Source: an uncultured Candidatus Saccharibacteria bacterium (GTDB taxonomy: Bacteria > Patescibacteriota > Saccharimonadia > Saccharimonadales > UBA10212). Taken from it: a stretch of 64,000 bases of DNA. The notes under the pieces are model-generated. The model was not told the DNA's origin. It worked only from the letters and a program-made list of their open reading frames with translations, and made no database searches. How positions within the stretch are numbered: position 1 is the first letter of the stretch; each line of letters starts with the position of its first letter. Of this stretch, positions 19,467-28,652 are shown in pieces. The position numbers were made by a program, and so were the translations under genes. The stretch is from assembly GCA_964460855.1 (NCBI GenBank), contig CAYWQH010000006.1:3232-67231 (forward strand), read 5' to 3'.

Positions 19467-19709
19467 TAATTATTTATATATAGTAGTCTTAATAGGTAGT
19501 GTGGATGATGGGTATAAGATTGGCCGCCAAGAAGTAAAAACGGCCATTTGGGCTGTGAATAAGCATAATTTAGGTGTGCAAACCGCTCGTATAATATGTG
19601 CCGGCATTTGCTTATTTGGCGAAATAATTTATACGGATGTGGAGATGGCGGGGGATAATTGCTAGATTGTGCCCAGGCTGCCCACAAGCTTTGCACCGCT
19701 TGTACACAG
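19467..19709. promoter_or_regulatory. oriC unwinding region (dnaA-dnaN intergenic)
   Basis: tandem DnaA-box-like TGTGGATGA (19500-19508) and TGGGTATAA (19509-19517) next to TAG trinucleotide repeats (19481-19499) and an AT-rich tract; TGTGAATAA at 19554-19562. Confidence 0.75.
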
Positions 19710-21083
19710 CTAGGCATATAGACGCTCCTTTAGTTCAATAACGTGCTCTTTAATCGGGCCGTTGTAGCTCATCTCTTTTTCGATCTTATCAATGGAGTGG
19801 ATGGCCGTGGTGTGGTCTTTTCGCCCCAGTTCGTGGGCGATTTTAGGGAAACTCATATGCAATTCGTTGCGCAGCATATACATGGCAACCTGGCGGGGTA
19901 CGACAATGTCTTTATCACGCTTGGGGCCTAATATATCTTCCATAGGGATCTGGAAATAGCGGGCGGTGCGCTCGATAATCTGGCGGGCGTTAACGTGTTT
20001 GGGCCGGGCTTTGCTGGTGCCAAATAGGGCAACTACCACCTGCAGGTCGGGTTCGACCTGGCGCATTTCGCAAAAAGCCAGCACCTGGTTTAGCGCGCCT
20101 TCCAGTTCGCGGATATTGTTTTGGACGCGGTTGGCCAAAAAGTCGACGACATCCGAAGGCAACTCAATATTGTGGGTGCCGGCTTTCGTTTGGACGATGG
20201 CGCAGCGGGTTTCGAAATCGGGCGTTTGCATATCGATGGTCATACCCCAGGCAAAGCGGCTGCGCAGCCGCTCTTCCAGGGTTGGAATGTCTTTGGGCGG
20301 CTTATCGCTGCTGATAATAATTTGTTTGTTGGCCTGGTGTAGGGCATTGAAAGTATGGAAGAATTCTTCTTGGGTTTTTTCGCGCCCGGCAATAAACTGC
20401 ATGTCGTCGATTATTAGCACGTCGGCATTGCGGTAGTGGCCGGCAAAGTCGGTATTCTTTTTATAACGCACGGCGTCGACGAATTCCTGCACGAACTGCT
20501 CGGTAGATACATAAACTACCCGGGCAGAGGGGTTGTTATACAAAACCGCGTTGCCAACCGCCTGGATTAAGTGGGTTTTGCCGATGCCCACGCCGCCGTA
20601 AATAAACAGCGGGTTATATTTTTTGCCGGGATTGAGGGCAATGCCCTGGCAGGCGGCATAGGCCAGCTCGTTGGCCGATCCGACCACGAAATTATCAAAA
20701 GTATAGCGTTCGTTTAAACCCTGGCGGTAGCTGTGGGTGACGTTTTGGATTGAAGATTTTTTAGGTGAAGGGTTGTTGCCACCGGCATTGACCAATATTA
20801 AGGTATCATCGCCCATGTCTTTTGGCCTCAGGTTTATGCCGGCGTGTATTTTATATTCGACCCGCTCGGGCTGGACACCATTTTTAGCCAAAACTTGTAC
20901 CACCAAATCATTAAATTTCCGCTCCAGCTGGTTTTTGACGAATATATTCGGTACGCCAACCACTACCAAGCCGTCTTTATTACGCAGCAGACGCGTATTT
21001 TTAAACCACGTTACAAAACTGCCGCGGCTGACACTTAACTCAATTTCGCCTAATACCGCTTGCCACAGTGCACTTTCCTGCAT
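19710..21083 (-). CDS. dnaA: chromosomal replication initiator DnaA
   Basis: YTFDNFVVG, YNPLFIYGGVGIGKTHL, IDDMQF, RLRSRF, NIRELEGAL, RKDHTTAIH; ATG at 21083 (TTG at 21089 possible). Confidence 0.98.
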   Translation of the reverse strand: MQESALWQAVLGEIELSVSRGSFVTWFKNTRLLRNKDGLVVVGVPNIFVKNQLERKFNDLVVQVLAKNGVQPERVEYKIHAGINLRPKDMGDDTLILVNAGGNNPSPKKSSIQNVTHSYRQGLNERYTFDNFVVGSANELAYAACQGIALNPGKKYNPLFIYGGVGIGKTHLIQAVGNAVLYNNPSARVVYVSTEQFVQEFVDAVRYKKNTDFAGHYRNADVLIIDDMQFIAGREKTQEEFFHTFNALHQANKQIIISSDKPPKDIPTLEERLRSRFAWGMTIDMQTPDFETRCAIVQTKAGTHNIELPSDVVDFLANRVQNNIRELEGALNQVLAFCEMRQVEPDLQVVVALFGTSKARPKHVNARQIIERTARYFQIPMEDILGPKRDKDIVVPRQVAMYMLRNELHMSFPKIAHELGRKDHTTAIHSIDKIEKEMSYNGPIKEHVIELKERLYA

Positions 21084-21155
21084 GCCCAACTACCCCTATT
21101 AATTTTGCGTTTCGCTTTTACGAGATAGCAATAAGTATAGCTGGAAAGGGCAGAC

Positions 21156-21282
21156 TTTTCCACAAGCCGGGGCAAAATTACATCATCGGTTTAGTGTTTA
21201 TGGCGCCAAAGGTGATTATTTATACACAAGCAAACGCCGTATCTGTTATTTTTGTGGAAAATAGCAGGGCAGTCGTGGATAA
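21156..21282. promoter_or_regulatory. DnaA-box cluster upstream of dnaA (oriC part / autoregulation)
   Basis: TTTTCCACA 21156-21164, TTATACACA 21220-21228, TGTGGAAAA 21253-21261, CGTGGATAA 21274-21282. Confidence 0.8.
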
Positions 21283-21433
21283 GTGCCTAAAATTTGTGGG
21301 TTTTCATTGTGAATTCCACTCGCTAATTCACGATGTGCATCTATTATTCTTTTATTTAGATATATGGACTGAAATTCCTAAATGAAAACTGAAAATTTAT
21401 CTAACCCCTAAGATAAGGTATAATCTTTGGGTT

Positions 21434-21571
21434 ATGCCTAAAAGAACTTACCAGCCCAAGAAGCGGCAGCGCAGCCGCGAGCACGGCTTTATGAAGCGGA
21501 TGTCGACCAAGGCCGGCCGCAACGTGTTGGCCCGAAGGCGCCTTAAAGGCCGCAAAGTCTTGTCCCGCTAA
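21434..21571 (+). CDS. rpmH: 50S ribosomal protein L34 (absent from the ORF track)
   Basis: translates to [45 protein letters not shown]; canonical position divergent from dnaA. Confidence 0.97.
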   Translation: MPKRTYQPKKRQRSREHGFMKRMSTKAGRNVLARRRLKGRKVLSR

Positions 21572-21690
21572 CTTTTAATTTTCAGCTTTCAAATTTCAAT
21601 AAATTTTCAATTATCAATTTTGCAATTTTCAATGATTTTTGAGAGCTGACAACTGAAAGCTTATTGATAGTTGATTGCTGAAAGCTGTAC
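21572..21690. repeat. degenerate ~7-nt repeats in an inverted arrangement
   Basis: ttttcag/ctttcaa/atttcaa/ttttcaa/ttatcaa followed by ctgacaa/ctgaaag/ttgatag/ctgaaag; cagctttca (21583) is complementary to tgaaagctg (21679). Confidence 0.55.
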
Positions 21691-21699
21691 GCTATTCTT

Positions 21700-22110
21700 A
21701 TGATTTCTAAGAAGCACCGATTTCACGGTTATAACAGCCTGCGCTACGTTTACAACAAAGGGCAGACTACCCGCGGCCAGTTTTTTGCTGTCAAACATGC
21801 GCCCAACCAGCGCCGCCAGGATTACCGTCTGGCTGTGGTGGTAAGCAAAAAAGTCGCCAAGTCGGCTACCGAGCGTAACCGGATCCGCCGCCGGCTGTAC
21901 GAAATTGTGCGAAAAAACGAAGCCGACATTGCCGGCGCCCAAGATATTATTATTACGGTGTTCCACCAGCAGGTGGCCGACTTGCCTGCCAAAAAGCTGG
22001 AAAGCACCGCGCTGCAGCAGCTGCGCCAGGCTGGAATAATGGTTAAAAAAGTCCGCCGTCCGCCAAAAGCTGAGGCGCCCGCGTCTTCGGCGGAACCAGA
22101 TACAGCGTGA
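21700..22110 (+). CDS. rnpA: RNase P protein component
   Basis: RLAVVVSKKVAKSATERNRIRRRLYE (RNR motif); follows rpmH. Confidence 0.95.
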   Translation: MISKKHRFHGYNSLRYVYNKGQTTRGQFFAVKHAPNQRRQDYRLAVVVSKKVAKSATERNRIRRRLYEIVRKNEADIAGAQDIIITVFHQQVADLPAKKLESTALQQLRQAGIMVKKVRRPPKAEAPASSAEPDTA

Positions 22111-22141
22111 TATTATAAAGAAAAGGGAGAATTGGTTTTAA

Positions 22142-23071
22142 ATGTTTAACGACTTGATAGTCCAGCCGATTTTTAATCTGCTCGTTTTAATTTACTCCAT
22201 TATCCCGGGCCATGATTTTGGCCTGGCGATTATTATATTTACGGTTATCGTCCGCTTATTGATGTGGCCGCTGGTTAAAAAGCAGCTCAAACACGCCAAG
22301 GCGATGCGCGACCTGCAGCCGGAAATCAAAAAGATCAAAGCCGCCACCAAAGGCGAACGCCAAAAAGAATCACAAATGCTCATGGAGCTGTATAAAGAAA
22401 GGGAAATCAACCCGTTCAGCTCGATCGGTATCGTACTGGTGCAGCTGCCGATTTTTATCGGCCTGTATAGCGCCCTGCGCAAACTTATAAACGACCCCCA
22501 ATCGATGATCTCGTTTACTTACCCGGCGCTGCATAACCTGCCGTGGATCAAAACCCTAACGGCCGACATCCACCAATTCAATAACACGCTGTTTGGCATC
22601 GTCGACTTGTCTCGGGCGGCGCTGGATAAAACCGGCGGCATTTACTGGCCGGCCATGATAATCGTTTTGGGCAGCGCCATCGCCCAATATTTCCAAAGCA
22701 AAATGCTGATGCCGGTAGATAAAGACGCCCGCGGCTTGCGTTCTATTTTGCGCGACGCCGGCAGCGGCAAGTCGGCCGACCAGTCGGAAGTTAACGCCGC
22801 CGTCGGCCGGATGACCATCTTTTTCGTACCGGCCTTGATCTTTCTGTTTACCGTGCGCCTGCCGGCGGCATTGTCGCTGTATTGGTTAACCAGCGCCCTG
22901 GTAGCCATAGTGCAGCAATCTATAATCCTGCGCGAAGACGAAGCCGAAATGGAAAAAGACCTTCCTCCGGCCAAAACTACAAAACCGGCGGCCGTTAAAG
23001 CCGTAGAAGTGCCAAAACTAACCCGCAAAAAAACAGCTCCCAAAAAAACTAAGAAGAGGAGAAAGAAATAA
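22142..23071 (+). CDS. yidC: membrane insertase YidC (short form)
   Basis: FGLAIIIFTVIVRLLMWPL...LQPEIKKI...QLPIFIGLY...PAALSLYW. Confidence 0.95.
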   Translation: MFNDLIVQPIFNLLVLIYSIIPGHDFGLAIIIFTVIVRLLMWPLVKKQLKHAKAMRDLQPEIKKIKAATKGERQKESQMLMELYKEREINPFSSIGIVLVQLPIFIGLYSALRKLINDPQSMISFTYPALHNLPWIKTLTADIHQFNNTLFGIVDLSRAALDKTGGIYWPAMIIVLGSAIAQYFQSKMLMPVDKDARGLRSILRDAGSGKSADQSEVNAAVGRMTIFFVPALIFLFTVRLPAALSLYWLTSALVAIVQQSIILREDEAEMEKDLPPAKTTKPAAVKAVEVPKLTRKKTAPKKTKKRRKK

Positions 23072-23661
23072 TGAGTTCCGTCGAGATGGAAGAAGCCATC
23101 CAGTTCGCCAAGAAATACATCGAGAATTTACTGTCCTTTTTCGGCCTGAATATTGACGTTTACGCTACCACCGAAGACGATGAAGTCATTGAGCTGCATG
23201 TGCCCAGCACCCACTTAAACGGCTTTTTGATAGGACAGCGCGGCGAAACTATGCGGGCAATCCAGTATGTAATATCCATGGCCCTCAAGCACGGCGGCTA
23301 CGAATTCAACCGGGTTAACGTGGACGTGGCGGACTATAAAAAGAACCGGGCCGAGCGCTTGCTGCAGCGGGCAGAGGAGTGGTTTAAAGATGTAAATACC
23401 AGCGGCAAGCCTAAAGAGCTGCAGGCCATGAGCGCTGCCGAACGCCGGATTATCCATAAGGCCGCTACTGATTTTGGCATCGAAACCGAGTCGGTTGGCG
23501 AAGGCCGCGACCGGCACATCATCCTTAAACCGGTAGAAACTGAAACTAAAGCCGAGCCTAAAAAAGCCGCCAAAAAAGCCGAGCCAAAAGAAGCGGCAGA
23601 GGAAGCCGAGCCACCTAAAAAAGCCGCTAAAAAAACTACTAAAAAGGCAGAAAAAGACTAA
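23071..23661 (+). CDS. jag: Jag/EloR-type KH-R3H RNA-binding protein
   Basis: KH LIGQRGETMRAIQ, VDVADYK, R3H MSAAERRIIH; Lys/Ala-rich tail. Confidence 0.88.
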   Translation: MSSVEMEEAIQFAKKYIENLLSFFGLNIDVYATTEDDEVIELHVPSTHLNGFLIGQRGETMRAIQYVISMALKHGGYEFNRVNVDVADYKKNRAERLLQRAEEWFKDVNTSGKPKELQAMSAAERRIIHKAATDFGIETESVGEGRDRHIILKPVETETKAEPKKAAKKAEPKEAAEEAEPPKKAAKKTTKKAEKD

Positions 23662-23665
23662 ACCG

Positions 23666-24775
23666 CTACTTTTCGAAACTTTGGTAAACGGCCAGTGTTT
23701 GTTCGGCCATCCGCTGCCAGGAATACTTTTTTACCTGGGTGTGGCCCTTGGCGATCAAGTTATTACGCCGCTTTTTATCGGACAATATTTCGCTAATAGC
23801 CCGGGCCATGTCATCGGCGCTTTTGGGGTCGAAATAATTAGCGGCGTCGCCGTACACTTCGGGCAGGCAAGAAGCCGAGCTGCTGGCTACCGGCGCGCCG
23901 TATACCATAGCTTCCAGGCCGGGCAGGCCAAAGCCTTCGCTAATAGATGGAAACACATAACAGCGGCAGTGTTGGTACAGCCAAGCCAGCTGCTCATCCG
24001 GCACAAAGCCGGTTAGCATAACATTTTGCACCTGTTTTTTAGTGATATAGCCGGCCAGCCGGTCGGAAAAGACGGTTTGCTTACCGACAATCGCTAAAAC
24101 TAAGCCAGGATAACTTTTTTGCAAAATGTCAAACGCACGGACAAGGCAGGGGAGGTTTTTATGGGCCTGGGCGGTGCCAACATACATAATAAAGTCACTT
24201 TTTTGCAAATTTGCAAATGGCTGGATACTAGATGTTTTTACGGCGTCGGCCGCTTCGAGGGTAACGGTTATCCTTGATAGCGGGTAGCGCAGGCGCTGGT
24301 GGATATCGTTTTTAACGAACTGGGTCGGCACGATAATTTTTGGCATTACCCATACATTTAACCGAAGTAAAATTTTAAATCCCCAATGCAGAAATTCAAA
24401 AACCGCCCTGCTCCGTTTGCGGTTGCGGACCCGCAGCTGGGTCAGGTCGTGGACGGTCATAACTTTAGCCCGGCGGTAAAGGATACCGACAACAGGGGTG
24501 TAAACGTCCGGCTGGAAAGTAAAATGGACGACGTCGGCGTTAAGCCGGTTGAGCAACCGGGCTAAACGGAACTGGCTGCCCAAACTGTAACGCTTGTAAT
24601 TAAATACTTGACTAGTAAAGTTTTTAGCCGTTGGACTCCATTGGTCAGCGTCTTCGGGCGGCAATAAAACTACATATTCGTTTTGCTGGTCTATCCGCTG
24701 GAGGTACTCCAGTAGCCTTTCCACGTAGCGGCCGGAACTACTGCTGATAATATGGGCGTCAATTACTATCTTCAT
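23666..24775 (-). CDS. GT4 glycosyltransferase
   Basis: TVHDL, HKNL, FPSISEGFGLPGLEAM, YSWQRMAEQT. Confidence 0.92.
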   Translation of the reverse strand: MKIVIDAHIISSSSGRYVERLLEYLQRIDQQNEYVVLLPPEDADQWSPTAKNFTSQVFNYKRYSLGSQFRLARLLNRLNADVVHFTFQPDVYTPVVGILYRRAKVMTVHDLTQLRVRNRKRSRAVFEFLHWGFKILLRLNVWVMPKIIVPTQFVKNDIHQRLRYPLSRITVTLEAADAVKTSSIQPFANLQKSDFIMYVGTAQAHKNLPCLVRAFDILQKSYPGLVLAIVGKQTVFSDRLAGYITKKQVQNVMLTGFVPDEQLAWLYQHCRCYVFPSISEGFGLPGLEAMVYGAPVASSSASCLPEVYGDAANYFDPKSADDMARAISEILSDKKRRNNLIAKGHTQVKKYSWQRMAEQTLAVYQSFEK

Positions 24776-25799
24776 AATGCCTCCAAAACAAAACCCGGGC
24801 CCGCAGTTTACGCAGTTTATGGCGGTCGGGCGGCAAGTCCGGGTATAAAATTCCCCGGATATACCGGTTGGGAACCTTTCGGTGCCGTTGGATGGCTAGG
24901 CGCTCCAATAATTTAGCTGGCAGCAGCAAGCAAAGCACGCCAAAACCTTTGAGCACTGGCCCTAGATTGCCCTTGCGGGCGATGTTAACCATCATTAAAA
25001 AGTAAGCGATTTGAAATTTAATGGCGGCAGGCCACCATAAGCCCAACGGCAAATTTTTAAACCACAACAGCGGTACGTTCTTGACCGTGTGGTAGGCGGT
25101 AAAACCCGGGATCCGGCCGCTGGTTTTACCAATTTGGTGGTAGGCCACGGCTTTGGGCTGGTAGATAATTTTCCAGCCGGCCAACTGGGCCCTGAAGCTT
25201 AAATCGACGTCTTCGTAATAAGCGAAAAACGCCTCGTCGAACAAACCGATTTGTTTAAAAACTTCGGCCCGGTATAAACTGGCGCCGCCCGACGCGCTAA
25301 ACACAAATTCCTGGTGGTCGTATTGGCCGTTATCGGTTAGCCCCCTCCCCCGCGGGAATGCCAGCAGCCAATTGCTGTAAAAGTCGCCGGTAGAATCAAA
25401 CGTGTAGGGCGGTTTGGCGGCGGCTTTTAACAGCTTGCCGGTTACGATGCCCGCTTCGTCGCTGGACTTAAGGGTTTTATACAAATGCTCCAGCCATTGC
25501 TTGTCGGCTTCGGCGTCATTATTAAACAGGGCTACGTATTCGGCGCCGGCATCCAGCGCAAATTTTATGCCGGCATTAACGCCGCCGGCAAAGCCGGTAT
25601 TGCGGCTCAGGATTACCGAGTCAAGCTTATCACCGTATTTGTTTATTAAGCCTACCGAGCCGTCTGTGCTGCCGTTATCGACTATTACCAGGCGGCACGG
25701 CTGGCTTTGGGCCAGGACCGAATCTATGGCCGCCGCTAAATCGCGCTCGCCATTCCAATTGGGAATCACACAGTAAACTAAAGGTGTTGGGCTTTTCAT
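24759..25799 (-). CDS. GT2 glycosyltransferase (rhamnosyltransferase-like)
   Basis: VIPNWNG, VDNGSTD, N.GFAGGVN, FNND, FDEAFFAYYEDVDL. Confidence 0.92.
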   Translation of the reverse strand: MKSPTPLVYCVIPNWNGERDLAAAIDSVLAQSQPCRLVIVDNGSTDGSVGLINKYGDKLDSVILSRNTGFAGGVNAGIKFALDAGAEYVALFNNDAEADKQWLEHLYKTLKSSDEAGIVTGKLLKAAAKPPYTFDSTGDFYSNWLLAFPRGRGLTDNGQYDHQEFVFSASGGASLYRAEVFKQIGLFDEAFFAYYEDVDLSFRAQLAGWKIIYQPKAVAYHQIGKTSGRIPGFTAYHTVKNVPLLWFKNLPLGLWWPAAIKFQIAYFLMMVNIARKGNLGPVLKGFGVLCLLLPAKLLERLAIQRHRKVPNRYIRGILYPDLPPDRHKLRKLRARVLFWRHYEDSN

Positions 25800-25837
25800 A
25801 AACAGATAAAACCATTGTATAATGAAACCTTAATAGC

Positions 25838-26641
25838 ATGCTAAAAACAACGTTTTCCAAACAAAACCGGGCGTTGCTGGGTGAGCTGGTGCGCACCGAC
25901 TTTAAGCTCCGTTACCAAGGCTCTTTATTAGGCTATGCCTGGTCGCTCCTCAAGCCTTTAATGATGTTTTTAATTTTATACGTAGTATTTGTCAGGATTA
26001 TTCCAATTGGCAAAGGCGTGCCGCACTACCCCGCGTATTTGCTGCTAGGCATAGTTTTATGGAACTTTTTTAATGAGATGACCGTCCAGAGCCTTAATTC
26101 GGTCGTAGCCCGCGGCGAACTAATCCGGAAAATAAAAATTCCACGCTGGACAATCGTTGTGGCCAGTAGCTTAATAGCGCTGATTAACCTGGCCCTAAAC
26201 CTGCTTATAATTGCGATTTTTATGATAATAAACCACGTTACGGTTAACTTCGCCGACCTGTATTTTCCAATTATCGTATTGCAGCTGTATATTTTTTCGC
26301 TGGGCGTGTCGTTATTTTTGGCGGCGTTTTACGTTAAATTCAGGGACGTTAGCTACATATGGGACGTAGTTTTACAGGGCTTGTTTTACCTATCGGCAAT
26401 TATTTATCCCCTTTCAATAATTACTAACCCGGATTACCAAAAAATCCTGCTGCTTAATCCGATTACCAACGCCATCCAAGACGCGCGCTACGTTTTAATT
26501 TCGCCGCAAACGCTTACCCTGCATACTTTAATGCCCGGGCATTGGATCCAGGCCGTGCCGTATTTAATAATGCTGCTGTCGATAATTATTGGCGCCGCGT
26601 ATTTCCGCAGCCAGTCAAAGTTTTTCGCCGAAAACGTTTAG
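25838..26641 (+). CDS. wzm: ABC-2 polysaccharide exporter permease Wzm
   Basis: DFKLRYQGSLLGYAWSLLKPL, FRDV..IW, LNP; six TM helices. Confidence 0.92.
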   Translation: MLKTTFSKQNRALLGELVRTDFKLRYQGSLLGYAWSLLKPLMMFLILYVVFVRIIPIGKGVPHYPAYLLLGIVLWNFFNEMTVQSLNSVVARGELIRKIKIPRWTIVVASSLIALINLALNLLIIAIFMIINHVTVNFADLYFPIIVLQLYIFSLGVSLFLAAFYVKFRDVSYIWDVVLQGLFYLSAIIYPLSIITNPDYQKILLLNPITNAIQDARYVLISPQTLTLHTLMPGHWIQAVPYLIMLLSIIIGAAYFRSQSKFFAENV

Positions 26642-26644
26642 CCG

Positions 26645-28597
26645 CTATTTCGGATTAATTTTACCGCGCAGCCGTTGGATTTTACTGGCCAGCTTCCAGG
26701 CATTGGTGCTCTTGATTTGTTCTAATTGCCCCTGGAGTTCGCCCAATTCTTGCAAATGGGTTTCCAGCGCGGACTGCAAATGTTTGAAGTGAGCCTGCAG
26801 CGTTTCGTAAGAATCAACCACATTATCGGGCAATTCTTTATCGGCAATTTCCGGTTGCGGGTACAAGGTCATTTTTTTTGATTTGCCTAATACGTATTTC
26901 TGAAAACTATATTCAGCCTCAAGCACATTTTTTAAAGGCTTTAAGTAATCCTCATATTTTTGGTAGAACCATAATGGAATAATAACGTCGTCCGATATTT
27001 TAATGGCTGGGTTATCGGGCCCGGTTGTAGCCCTAACTGCCTGGCTGTTGCGGGCAAAAAAGTACATCATCGACCGGCCTACTATGTATTTTTTAGGCAC
27101 TGCAAAATTAAAAACCCATTCGTAATCTATTAACGATTTGCCTTTTTTGCCGACTATGATGTTGTCGAAATTAATATCAATGATTGCCGGCAAAATACAA
27201 TCCTGGGAAGTTTTATAGGCCGGCCCGAAAATTTCGGCGTACCCCTTTTGGGAGGCCGGTATTACGGTCTTCGACGGCAAGCTGTCGATAATGCTTAAAT
27301 AACTATCAATTACTTCGGTGAAGGCTTGTTTATTGCTGGCTATCAGATAATCCGTTAGTAAATTTTGCATGGTCGGCCCGGCAATGAAATCAAACTTGAG
27401 GTTGCCGTCGGCGGTTTGTTTAACCGGACATATATTTACCAAAGGACTGCTAACAGATTTTTTAAGCAGGCTGTAATTGGCCAATATATTCGCAATGTGG
27501 CCTTTTGCCACGCTGGTTAAGGGTGACTTAATTACGTGCTGAGTGTAACCCTGGCCATATATTTTAGTAATTAATCGGAACGGCCCGCTGCGGCTGATGG
27601 CGCTCCTGGCGAATACCGGCTGTGCCGGTGCCTTGGTTTTGGCGGGGCTGGCAATGACTAAAAACGAATTGGCCACGCTGCCAAACATTTCATTATTGGC
27701 AAAACTGCGGACAACTAATTGCTCGCGCATTATTTGGGCCCGCGGCTGGTCGGGGGTCGGCGAAGGGTATAAGTCGCTTGGAATGTTTGGCGTGTGCACG
27801 CCCGGTAAGTATTTTTCCGAGTAAACGGCGGCCGGCAGTTTGTAGTCTGGCAGCGGGAAGTAAAAATCGGCCTGTCCGTAGCCGGCGCCATCCAGTAAAT
27901 TTGATAACTCGGCCCGGCCAAATGTACGGACGCCGTGATAATGCGGATAACCTTCCACACCTTCTAAGTAACGCTGCGTATGGTCTTCTTTGGCGCCGGA
28001 CAAATACTTTAGGCCTAACTTGTTCTCGATAGCCAAAACCAGCTTGCCGTTAGCGCTAGTAAATTTACGTAGTTGTTCGGCGAAAACACGGAACGGATCT
28101 TTGCCTTCCACAAACATGCCGGCATATTCCAGCACGCCGACGCATACTACATAGTCAAAGCGTTCTTGGGTGAATTGCTGCAAGTTATCGATATTTCCTA
28201 TAACGATTTCCAGGTTTGTTAAATGGCTGTGCCGGTAGGCGTTAATTGACGCCCTGCGCGCCGAAAGCTCTACGGCAACTACCCGTTTGGCCTTTGAAGC
28301 CAGCAAACCGGTCAGCGCTCCGCAGCCGGCGCCAATTTCCAAAACAGTGCTGCCCGGCGGAAAATCCATCCAATTTAATAAGTTTTGGCGGACCTTGGAC
28401 AAATGGTAGGTTGTTGGCCAATCGGCAGCCGGGGTAAGCAGCTCGCTGCCATCACTGCCCGGGTTGTTTTTAAAATAATTTAAGAGCTTATCTTCTATCG
28501 GGCCGTCGCTGTATTGTTGCTTGGAGGCAATATTTAAATCGGTGATTTTTACCTTGCCGATCAGTTGGGGTGTAATTGGTTTTGCTGCTGAAGCCAT
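26645..28597 (-). CDS. SAM methyltransferase fused to a kinase-like domain and coiled coil (WbdD-like glycan chain terminator)
   Basis: VLEIGAGCGALT, FDYVVCVGVLEY; DINFDNII...LIDYEW; C-terminal heptads then STNAWKL. Confidence 0.75.
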   Translation of the reverse strand: MASAAKPITPQLIGKVKITDLNIASKQQYSDGPIEDKLLNYFKNNPGSDGSELLTPAADWPTTYHLSKVRQNLLNWMDFPPGSTVLEIGAGCGALTGLLASKAKRVVAVELSARRASINAYRHSHLTNLEIVIGNIDNLQQFTQERFDYVVCVGVLEYAGMFVEGKDPFRVFAEQLRKFTSANGKLVLAIENKLGLKYLSGAKEDHTQRYLEGVEGYPHYHGVRTFGRAELSNLLDGAGYGQADFYFPLPDYKLPAAVYSEKYLPGVHTPNIPSDLYPSPTPDQPRAQIMREQLVVRSFANNEMFGSVANSFLVIASPAKTKAPAQPVFARSAISRSGPFRLITKIYGQGYTQHVIKSPLTSVAKGHIANILANYSLLKKSVSSPLVNICPVKQTADGNLKFDFIAGPTMQNLLTDYLIASNKQAFTEVIDSYLSIIDSLPSKTVIPASQKGYAEIFGPAYKTSQDCILPAIIDINFDNIIVGKKGKSLIDYEWVFNFAVPKKYIVGRSMMYFFARNSQAVRATTGPDNPAIKISDDVIIPLWFYQKYEDYLKPLKNVLEAEYSFQKYVLGKSKKMTLYPQPEIADKELPDNVVDSYETLQAHFKHLQSALETHLQELGELQGQLEQIKSTNAWKLASKIQRLRGKINPK

Positions 28598-28652
28598 TTC
28601 AAAAAAATTGATTTAAGGAAACTGTAGCACGTTCTTGTAAAATAGTATAAGT

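Noticed and set aside
21068-21385. 105-aa ORF upstream of dnaA (also 19288..19665 and 19466..19717)
   Set aside because: These overlap DnaA-box clusters and have no protein-like features; better explained as origin DNA
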